Made by a program: the position numbers and the translations under genes. This document shows positions 26,120 through 36,705 of a DNA stretch of 53,087 nt, piece after piece (the first letter of the stretch is position 1; each line of letters opens with the position of its first letter). The notes under the pieces were generated by a model. The model was given only the letters and a program-made list of their open reading frames with translations, was not told the DNA's origin and made no database searches. This DNA is from Catajapyx aquilonaris (Eukaryota): assembly GCA_000934665.2 (NCBI GenBank), contig JYFJ02002658.1:1-53087 (forward strand), written 5' to 3'.

Positions 26120-28749
26120 TTAGTATACATCATGAGAGTAACAGAAGAGAATAGTGATCTCTTTCAAATCTAACCTTAGTGTTATTAACCGTACTCCCAA
26201 CCCCTGCAGGAGAAATAAATAACTGGAATTAATTTCTTTCAACTTCCAAAGCGACAAGCGCAGAAAATGAGATGGCAAGTCGTGGGGGGGGGGGGTTGAT
26301 TCTCCATGCGAGATCATATTAGCAGAAAATTAGTTTCGATCCGGTAGGTATTCCCAGTGTGATTTTATCCCCTTCGCTGCGCTGGTACGACAATGACCTG
26401 GTCACGCATGGTTCTCACAGAATGTATGAACCCCTTCAGAAAGCAAGAGAAGTAGATTAGCATATAATATTAGCATATAAATTCATATCATTTAATTCAA
26501 AATTAGATGCAAATTATTTGCAATAATTACCGGTACTTTGCAGAGCACCTTTATTCAGGAATTGAGTGTGGCCTCTTTTTCTCTGGAAGCAAACAAAAAG
26601 CACGATTTGGCTACAGCATTTTTGGCCTCTCTTCCTGAACAATTTGGCATCACCATACGGGTACATTTTCCAAAATTGGCATATGTTGTAAGTGCTTGGA
26701 ATGGAAGTGCACCAGCCGAGCTTAACCTTACCCACTACGACTACACCATCATCAAAAATTATAAATATCAACACGGCAAACCATAAAATTTATTTATACA
26801 CCAGAGTATAATATTAGACTCTGACGAATTGCTAATATGAAAAAAACAACATAAAGTTGGTGACTTTATTCTTAATTGTCAATGCTATTAAGCAACATTT
26901 CTTCATCCCTTTAGAATTTGTTCTTCCAAAGAAACAACTCGAATACTTTCGATCGACAGCAAGAGCCTGTAAACCTGATGGCAAGTCCTCTCTCTCACCG
27001 CCAGAATGTCCGCAAATAAAATGGAGTAGATGCCTGACCCTTGACCCTAATTCTCCGGCCAAGATGGCCCGGGCCTTGCCGAAGCTTGGTTTGCGGAGGT
27101 GGGTGGAATAAATGGAGGACATTCCATTTCAGGACCCTAAGTCACCACTCGGCCTGAAAATCAAAGTGTTGAGGAACAGCTGTGTCCAAGAAGGTTTGGC
27201 CTCTGAGGTTACAGAAGGAGAATGTCCTCGCAGCACTTCCCAAAGGGAAACGTATAGGGCTGGAGAATTTAATAAATTCAGAGTGATGCACCAGATTACA
27301 ATCTCCAGTGGTGTAATGTCGAAATTAGTATACCCTGTGGTCTAAAACAATGGGGATATACTGTACGTAACTCTTTGTAGCTAATACTACATATTCATCT
27401 AGCTGTAAGAGGCACAAAAGCCACAGCGGCTCAATCCCATTCCTGCACGGGATGCGGACTCAATTTCATTAGCTAATTGCGCGATAATTTGAAAGAAGAT
27501 TAAGTTTTCATAAAGATAGTGGACGTTATGGAAGTTTGATGCTACAACTCAGCACATCATCAGATTACAATAACCACTAAACTGATCTTTTAATGTCGGC
27601 TCGTTGCAGCGAATCATCATCGGAGCCGAAAAGAGCACTGAAATGGATAACGTCACCGCAGAATTATTAAAACGACACGATATTATATAGGGGCAATAGG
27701 GCAGCTCCGAAAATGCAATTCCATTAATTTTTCTGTTAGAGGAATGTAGCCTCCCGAGTTCAGATGTACGACGCAAAAATGTAAATTTCCACATCAATAA
27801 ACAGTAAAATAATACCACTAACGTTGACATGCTGCGTCACGCTTGGATTACACGGCGTCGTCGCGTCGTGACGTCTTTGGATCGTTGGGAGTAGGGATTC
27901 ACCAGTCAGCAAGTGCCTTGAGTGCTTTTGTCACCAGCGCAATGAATAATGAAGTCCTATTATTATAAAACCAGTAGGCCTACGGTCCATATGAACCAAG
28001 CATTAGAAGCCAGCTATTTCTGATTGGAGGCAATACCGGTATTACGCCAATACAGTGATCTTTATAAATGGACATGAGAATGTGACAGCAGCGTTTTCAG
28101 GACTATCACAAATCAGTGGAGAATAGGCTACTCGCACATTAGCACTGCCTCCCGTGACAGTGATTTATTCCAGTTTCAGAGCACATTAAAAGTGCCATTC
28201 AGGGCAATCATCGTGCAATAATTTGTGATTTCGGACGACAGTGTTGTATACTACAGTATAAGCTACCGGAGTTTGAGAAAATTTATCAATTTTCATAACA
28301 TGAATGGACTCAATATTTGTTAAATATTATACAGGAGTTGTAAGTTAAAATTAACAATTTTTACACCTGGTTAGCCTTGCTGCTCCAAAAAACAGATCGG
28401 AGTTTGTGACTAAATCAATACCAGTGTATCTTCTCCTGCCAATGACCCTTTATCTATTCAAGCACTAGAGATTTGATAATATTGAGGAGGCACATAACGG
28501 ATTCATCCTACTTGACCTGCATTATTATAGCAAGAGTTTTTCAGGCCCTCCAATGTATACAGTATAACTTGTTGACAGACGTAGAGAGATTTCCCTTAGT
28601 TCCTGGAGGAGAAGGTTCTCAATATCGGGAAGCTCACTGCTGTTATGATACTTATGAAAGGTTATTATCAGCAACGAAATCGTATTATACCTTAAAGGTA
28701 TAATATGTCGAAAATAGCTTCCTTCATTCCTTCACACACACTATCTACT

Positions 28750-28845
28750 TGTACTATGGGCGCCAAAAGAATTGACCGGAGTTGATGGGTATATGGCGCT
28801 ATATACCCATCAACTCCGGTCAATTCTTTTGGCGCCCATAGTACA
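28750..28845. repeat. 96-bp near-perfect palindrome (TIR-only Tc1/mariner-like element with TA flanks)
   Basis: 45-bp perfect arms TGTACTATGGGCGCCAAAAGAATTGACCGGAGTTGATGGGTATAT around a centre GGCGCT, with a single G/T mismatch. Confidence 0.95.
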
Positions 28846-30009
28846 TACAGTACGCACAAAACGATGATATACCTACTTTCGGCCCTGAACTATACGTCAT
28901 ATAACCACAAAAAAACGTACCGGTCATTCTCGTCAACGAGTTTTGTGTCAAATGAAGTAGAACTGTGAACCATTGTATCTGACACACCTAATTCTGTTAT
29001 GTGAAAAGACACGCCAAAACTTGTCAGGTGACACACGTGTGGATAGGATGGAAGAATGACACATGCATGTCATAGGGCACACGTGTGTGGTTTTCTGCAG
29101 CAGAATATGTCTCTCAACTTGTAATTTGGCGTAGTATTTTCGCTGACACGTTTAACCGCGTCGGTATCTGTAAAAAAAAGACATTTTGTTGTGTCGAAGC
29201 GTTTTGTGTGAATTATAACGCATCATACTGTACATTCCATACTGTAGTTAATTATTATCACTGAATAATTATTATTTAGAGTCATAGTCCGTGCTTTATA
29301 TCACGCCTCATATTTGCTGCTTGCACCCTTTTCTTATAAAGGGTGTCCAGTTTATTGGGAATGAAATCGACTTGGAACTTTACAAGGAAGAGAACTGGGC
29401 TGTAGTTTAAATTATGAGTTCACCTTCCAACATCCAAAGGGGCGTCATCCAAACTTGTAGATCATGATCGACAAATTTTGCTGCCATCACGTTACTGCCA
29501 ATACAAAGAAGTGTCCGCTGAAATGTTCCCTCTAGGTTTGTAAAATTTCTACTCATATCCATCAATTTTATTTGCGAGGACTAGCCATACTTCAGTTCTA
29601 GGCCAAAAGTCAATGACAAACTTTATCATGTCAAAGTCACCTTGATAGGCCATCATTGAACAATTAAACTACTTGACCTATATCCAAGGAGAGCTAGAAA
29701 TAATAGCTTATTGCTCAAGTACGTGAAAGGTACAAAAGAAAACACTCTCAAGTACAACGTTAGGAGATTTTGATACTTTATAAATTAAGAAATTTGGAGA
29801 TTATTTGACGTTCGTTATGGATGGCGCCAAAATTTATCAAATACATTGTCAGTTACATTATCTCATCTTCAACCTTGGACGTATTTCCTTCTCCGTTGCC
29901 GTCACTGTTATCTACACTTAAGGTGCTTGGTTAATCAGATTTCTGACCACCTTTAACATTTTTATATACTATTTCTTTAAGAGGAGACCTTGTTGAAAAT
30001 ATTCCTAAT

Positions 30010-30199
30010 CAACCTTATCTCTCCCGCCCCATGAGAGTTAACAAGATAAATAGCTTTTCTTATATAAGTTCATTCTACAGTAACAAGTAGTGCATCACAA
30101 AGGATTGCGTGGTCCTCACTAAAGGTTAGAACAACCCCTGCGTCTTTTATTTTAAAATTGATTCTGGATGTATTCACTTATTCTCTCTCTGCAGCAATC
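30010..30199 (+). promoter_or_regulatory. Putative promoter and 5'-UTR exon/intron of paralog 2
   Basis: GATA sites TTATCT (~30015) and AGATAA (~30044), TATATAA at 30061, donor AAG|GTTAGA at 30125, acceptor CTCTGCAG ending at 30194 just before the ATG. Confidence 0.5.
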
Positions 30200-32263
30200 A
30201 TGGCGATCAAATATTTCATGCTTCTTCTTTGCCTGAGTGCTGTTCAGGGTAAGTTCTTCTTCGGAAGAGATAGCAAGTGGGGGTTGAGAGGACCTCCCCC
30301 TGCTGGCTCTGTGAATGATTATCCTGATTCGTGGTTTAATCAAACGCTGGACCATTTTACGCCATCTGACACCAGGAAATGGCAGCAGGTAGGGACAAAC
30401 TCATATAGCAGGCTTGTTACGCAAATTAAATAAACATTGTGGTGTCTACTGTACATTATTGCAGAGGTATTATGTCAATACGGAATTTTACAAACCTGGA
30501 GGACCAGTTTTTATCATGCTTGGTGGAGAGGGTCCAATTATGGACATACTTATGACTGAAGGAACATGGATTACTCCAGCTAAGCAGTATGGAGCCATGT
30601 TGTTCCAGTTGGAACACAGGTTCTACGGAAAGAGTCATCCTACGAGGCACGAATCTTGAATGGTTTACTGTAAACCTTTTCTTGTCGTACAAAAATGTAA
30701 CATTTGCACTATTTTTCCCCAGTGATATGAGCACCGAAAATTTGTTTTACCTGAATAGCGAACAGGCTCTGTTGGATGCAGCTACTTTCCAGCAGCAAAT
30801 GACAGATGCTTATAGTCTGGGAAACGCAAAGTGGATTGTTTTTGGTTGCTCATATTCAGGAAACCTAGCCGCATGGTACAGAGAGCAATTCCCGAATATG
30901 GCCTCCGGTTCCATGGCAGGAAGTGCACCTGTACGTGCTGAGGTCGACTTTTATCGTAAGTAATGATACAATGTACAGCATTGTCATATTATAGGTGTTT
31001 CAGCTTGCAATGAGCTTTTTTTACCTTTGCTCCAACCTAAAACGTCTCCTTCAAAGTTTCGGATCTCAAAATATAAATTCAGTAGAGAGTGTGGGAAAAT
31101 AGTCCATAAATTGGAGTCGCTGACATTAAAAATTCCATTTTTCTCCTGGGTTCACGACACTAATTTCTAATAATTTTTGCAGAATATTATGAAGTTATAT
31201 CGAGCTCATTGGAATCTGTTTATCCTGGATGTGGCACCCAAGTAGCTGAAGCTTTTAAGCAATTGGAAGCTCAGATGCAAAGCACAACCGGGCAGCAAAA
31301 CATAAACCAACTTTTTAAGTAAGTTATATTCTTACATACTGGTAGTATTTTTAGAGTACTAATATCTGAATCATGGTTGATAATTTCAGCCCATGCATGC
31401 CAGTAGGAGACATGCCCACCAATGACGTATTTATGTTCCACATGCAGTTGGCCGGATCTTTTGCTGGGTACATTCAGTATTATGATCAAAACTTGGACTC
31501 CACCAAGTGCGACACGATGGTCAATGGTCTAGGAGATGCCCTTACGCGGCTGGCGCAAGTTATCGCCAGCGACCAACAGCCAGGAACATGCCTTTCTGCC
31601 AGTTTTTCAGATTACGTTGCTTATCTGCAGCAAACTGAATGGAATGAGGATATGGGTAAGCATTTTAATTTCTATAATTACATACCTATTAGCAATGTTT
31701 TTCCATTTACTTGTGCAGATCGCCAATGGACGTTTCAAACGTGCAATGAATTCGGATATTTTCAAACTACGAATTCGCCAAACCAGTCATTTGCTGGAAT
31801 CCCTACAGAATTGTACACTGACATTTGCTACACTGTGTTTGGAGAAGAGTAAGTATTTCAAATGTGCATAACAATGTGTTGCTATTTTCAGTCACACTAA
31901 ACTAAAATATTTTTAGGTATTCCTCGGAGAAAGTCTACGCTAATGTCAGAAAAACAAACTCCATATATGGAGGCAAAAGTTTGAGTGTCACCAACGTGGT
32001 CTTCCCTAATGGTATTCTTGACCCCTGGAGGTCTCTCGGAATTCAAACTGATCTTAATAAGGATTCTCCAGCTATTACCATTCAAGGTGATATCCCCTCT
32101 GTTACAGTGAAAGGAATTATTATTAACAATGGCTCTTTCTCCAACTATGACAGATTCTGCTCATTGCGCAATTGACTTCGACTGGCTCGCGCCACAAAAC
32201 CCATCTCTGGCAGCTGCACAAAAACAAGTCATTCAATTAATCGGAAAATGGGTCACACAGTAA
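30200..32263 (+). CDS. Secreted serine peptidase family S28, paralog 2, ~471 aa
   Basis: Exons 30200-30388, 30465-30646 (GC donor), 30723-30955, 31183-31318, 31390-31655, 31719-31848, 31917-32086, 32154-32263; total 1416 nt, open. Signal peptide MAIKYFMLLLCLSAVQG. Motifs [55 protein letters not shown]. Confidence 0.9.
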
Positions 32264-32297
32264 GCCTGCACGCACACTGTTGACAACATCATGGCTC

Positions 32298-32354
32298 AAT
32301 AAAGATAAAAAGAGTCACACTCGTCCTGTACACTCGTAACATGAATGAAATAAA
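32298..32354 (+). terminator. Polyadenylation signals, paralog 2
   Basis: AATAAA at 32298 and 32349. Confidence 0.55.
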
Positions 32355-33774
32355 TGTATTACTGTATAAATATTGAAATTCTGGAGTTCACACATACTGT
32401 TTTGTTGCTCAAAAATTTCAGGTCATCGACACTATAGATAAGATGCGCAATAGGTACACTGGTACAGTAATTATTAGTCTACGTATATTATTGATGGTAA
32501 CCAAATTCGAAAGCATCAGAATATCATCTTACACGGCAGTATGGGGAGAACCATAATATTAGTTTATGAGGGGGGAAACTCTTACATGTAAATAAAATTT
32601 CTAGCAAATCGAGTATGAAATCGGGCATGAATCATAAACACTGTATAATTGGCATGCAATTTCTTTAAAAAACCAAGTTTAACGACACTAGTGTTAAAAC
32701 CCTGTTCTTCAACCTCAAACAGACCGACAATCCGTTTATGCAAATTTCAATGTAATGTATCAGTTTGGATACGTGTTTATACAGGCTTTAAAAAGGACAA
32801 CCCTCGGTAGGAAGGGTTGTAAAACCATCTGAAGCCCTTTACTCCCCCACTGCCTCCGCAACTGGTAATTGGGTTTTGCAGGTGGCCAGTCGTCGTGTGA
32901 AACCCAACCCTCACTTGTAAAACACTCTCCGAGTGAAATAACGAACATTCTTTCTGAGGTCAAGTCTCGCTCGACCACCCTCAATTTGCTGAAACTTTGC
33001 TCCAACATCCAGGGAACTGTCTAATTAAGCGGCACAGTGCAACTGTACCGTTTTCGAGTTCTCTTCTTGAAATAGGAAACCAATATCGCGGTTTACTTGA
33101 CAGAGACAGCAGTTACAGAGTTGGTTGCCCTGAAGATATAGTCTACTTCTAATAAATGTCGTAGGCTTGCGCGCAGGCTAATTGAAATTGTTTGTTAGCT
33201 CGTTACCAATTCCAAACTAATGTGCAAGATCAAAGTCTGGCTCTGAGGAGGTACCTTGAAGAAAATATATAAAAAACGGAGGAAAATATCGAAAAGATCC
33301 TATATTACTGGCATTAATGGAAGGCTCCAAGGAATCAAAATCATTGGAGGAACCTATTTGGCAACGCTATCACTGTTATCAGATGATACCTGACCGTCTA
33401 ATATTGGGACACTTGATAAAATATTAAAGAGTCAATAAAATCATAGCCTGATATGAATAAAAGAAACTATTTAAAAGCATGAAGGTCAGTAACCCAGACT
33501 ATGGCTGAGTATATACCAAAACTTATATCCAGTGATATCATGTAGCTTACCCATTATCTTATAAGTATAGCATTAGAACATATTGTAAGATCACTTTCAA
33601 GTACTACGCTTATCATATTTGTTGCTTCAGTTATTTTCAAACTGCTGGGTTTTCAGCAATTATTGTGCAAGTACCAAATTGTGTAATATTTTATTACGTG
33701 TTACGATTCAGCAAACAGACCTTCATAATATGTTTTAGTATTTTACGTCAACTACTGAAGATTGTCTTTCCTTC

Positions 33775-33960
33775 AGATTATCACCCACATTTGCCTCGGT
33801 TTATCATTCTGGTCCTCTTGAGATATCAAAATCTTATAAATACGAAGTCTGAAGTGCTTAGTCAAGTATTGGTCAATTACCACGGTAAGGCAAAGGATGT
33901 GTTTTTCGTTGCTATATATTTCAGGTCCTTCAATTAACCTTTCTAATATTACAGGAAAAC
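33775..33960 (+). promoter_or_regulatory. Putative promoter and short 5'-UTR exon/intron of paralog 3
   Basis: TTATCA twice, GAGATATC, TATAAA at 33835, donor ACG|GTAAGG at 33885, acceptor TTACAG ending at 33954. The block is alignable to the paralog 4 upstream region. Confidence 0.6.
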
Positions 33961-35968
33961 ATGACAATGTTACTTTTGCTCGGGATAGCATCCGTGTTTG
34001 TGGCACAAGTACAATGTCAGATCATTCCTGAATTCTACAATGGAAGGCATCAAAGGTGGGGTATGACCGGACCTCCTCCAAATGTCACCAACAACATTGG
34101 AGACTCCTGGTTCACTCAAAAGGTGGACCATTACAACACTCAAGACACTAGAACCTGGAACCAGGTAAGTGAGACGCAAACCCGGTTCCATTTCAGCTGC
34201 ACTGACCGCAACATTTTCAGCGTTATTTTGTCAATGCTCAATATTACCGGAGTGGAGGCCCAGCTTTCATTATGATTGGCGGAGAAGGAGAAGCATCTGC
34301 CAGTTGGATGACCGGTGGTCAGTGGGTTTCTCCTGCCCAAACTCATGGAGCAATGCTGTTCCAACTAGAACACCGTTATTACGGCAAAAGTTTTCCCACA
34401 TCGTAAGTAAATTGCATGTATATACAACTGCAATCACTGTATCTCCATGTTTGTTTCAGTGACATGAGTACACCGAATCTGAAATATCTGAGCAGCCAGC
34501 AAGCCTTGAATGACGTTGCCACTTTCCAACAAGCAATGATGCAGCAGTACAACCTTCAAAATGCCAAATGGATTGTGTTTGGTTGTTCCTATTCCGGAAA
34601 TTTGGCTGCCTGGTACCGCCTGTATTACCCTAACCTGGCTCATGCTGCTATGGCTGGCAGTGCACCAGTTCAGGCTGAAGTCAACTTTTATCGTAAATAT
34701 TACAAAAAATAATAATTAAAATTTTAAGAGTGCAATAAGAATATATTTTCGCTCTCCGGCAGAGTACTATGAAGTCATTACGTCGTCACTGGAGAAAATT
34801 ATGTCGGGATGCGGCACGACAATACAGCAGGCCATATACGACACCTATCAATACATGCAGAGTGACAGTGGGAAACAATATTTGAGCACTCTTTTTAAGT
34901 AAATGGTTACATCACTTGTAAGACATCGTCCTTATGCAGTTAATAATAAGTCGGATTCACGTTTCAGCACTTGTGCCCCGGTATCGTCATTGCAAGGCTA
35001 CGATATTCCCACGTTCTGGAACGGATTGGCTAATCCATTTGCCGGTATGGTCCAGTATGTAGACACCGACACGAAGAACTACTGCAATGACATTGTGAAT
35101 GGGCAAGGCACTCCAATAGAGCGCTTAGCTACAGTCTTGAAAAAGAGCAATAAGGGCAACTGCTTCTATGTCAGCTATGCTGGTCTTGTGCAATATTACA
35201 AGCAAACTGGAAACGATGCAACAGGATCGGGTAAGTGCTGATCTGAATTCATAATCTGACGTACTATTTCTATGAAAATCTAACGTCGGCTTTTCTGCCA
35301 GCTCGCCAGTGGGTCTATCAAACCTGCCAGGAATTCGGATATTACCAAAGCAGCGATTCGAAAAACCAAGCATTCTGGGGATTTCCTGTTGACTTTTACC
35401 TGCGTCAATGTTACGACATTTTTGGATCTTAGTAAGTCAATGCTGAAATTATGCATCCCATAATTTGCACATTAGACATTTTATTATCCACTTGCCTATC
35501 CATAATATTTTATGATATCGCCTACAATAAGCAGCGGTCAGTGTGCCCAGTTATGATAATTGTGTCAGTCATGTTTAAACCATGCAATTAAACATTTTAC
35601 CTGCTACAGCTGGACCCCGGACCAAATTCAAAAGAATGTTGATTATTCCAATTCTGTGTACCACGGCAAGAGCCTGAACGTGGAGAGAGTGGTATTCCCC
35701 AACGGAATACTTGACCCCTGGCGTTCTCTTGGAATTCAGAGTGACCTCAACCCGAATGCTCCGGCCATTACCATTGACGGTATTATTCCACTTCTTTACT
35801 TTTCCAGTGTTAAAAGTATAAGAACAATGTGCCAATGTATTATATTCATTTGCAGGGTCAGCCCATTGTGCCATCTACTACCCTGAAAACTGGGGAAACA
35901 ATCCTTCTCTCAAGACAGCACAACAAAAAGTGGATCAACTGATTACCCAGTGGCTGAGTGAAGACTGA
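33961..35968 (+). CDS. Secreted serine peptidase family S28, paralog 3, ~476 aa
   Basis: Exons 33961-34164, 34221-34402, 34460-34692, 34763-34898, 34968-35230, 35302-35431, 35610-35779, 35856-35968. All introns GT-AG; total 1431 nt, open. Signal peptide present. Motifs [55 protein letters not shown]. Confidence 0.94.
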
Positions 35969-36039
35969 TTTTTTCACAAGTAAAAATGCGTGCCCGACAA
36001 AAATATTCCATGTATCAGTGAAGTACTATATCTGTGCAA

Positions 36040-36045
36040 AATAAA
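36040..36045 (+). terminator. Polyadenylation signal, paralog 3
   Basis: AATAAA ~70 nt after the stop, at the position equivalent to paralog 4. Confidence 0.65.
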
Positions 36046-36544
36046 CACATGCTCGAGTCAGTAATGGGATATTATTTATCAGATATGAGACCAGGAGAAG
36101 GTACTGTACAGCTGCACTTGAACTCATGGCGCATCAGGTGACTAATCATCAAATTATATCAGGTGCTTGACAATGTACGTCTGTTCAGTATCAGGCAAAG
36201 ACTCTTGCGAAAGGCTACAAACTGGCTGGATTAGTCATAATTATGTAACTGATAAGTGATAACCTGAGCACAGCCCCTTCTAATTTTTCTAATGAACGTT
36301 GCATACTAGTAATCAGGGATCTAGCTTTTGTCTGAAATGCTGATTTTAATCGATTTTTAGTTTTATTTACATGTTGAAATTTCTCCAGTTTCTTCTATTA
36401 TTTATGACAAGTGTTCTGTTATACTATTCCATGACAGTCCTCCAAAGAGCTATAAGGCTTAAAATTAATTGAACCTTCGAGTAAGCGTGATTAAGTTACG
36501 ATACCTAGTAAACTATCTTCCCTTAATTCCACTCAGATTTGAAT

Positions 36545-36705
36545 GTGTTTATCACTGCGTACCTCGAGATATCAAGTCCCGATAAAAACTAAGACAAAAG
36601 TGTTTACTCGAGCATTTCTCACTTACAACGGTAAGGCACAAGATGCATTTTTGAACATAACATTTCAGACGTTTTCAATTAACGCGTGTCATGTTACAGG
36701 CAAAC
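36545..36705 (+). promoter_or_regulatory. Putative promoter and short 5'-UTR exon/intron of paralog 4
   Basis: TTTATCA, GAGATATC, GATAAAA at 36581 in the position of the paralog 3 TATA box, donor ACG|GTAAGG at 36631, acceptor TTACAG ending at 36699. Confidence 0.55.

Noticed and set aside
25419..26123. Longest ORF in the track (234 aa)
   Set aside because: About 60% of it is the antisense of the SINE. It has no domain-like motifs, so it is treated as a chance read-through.
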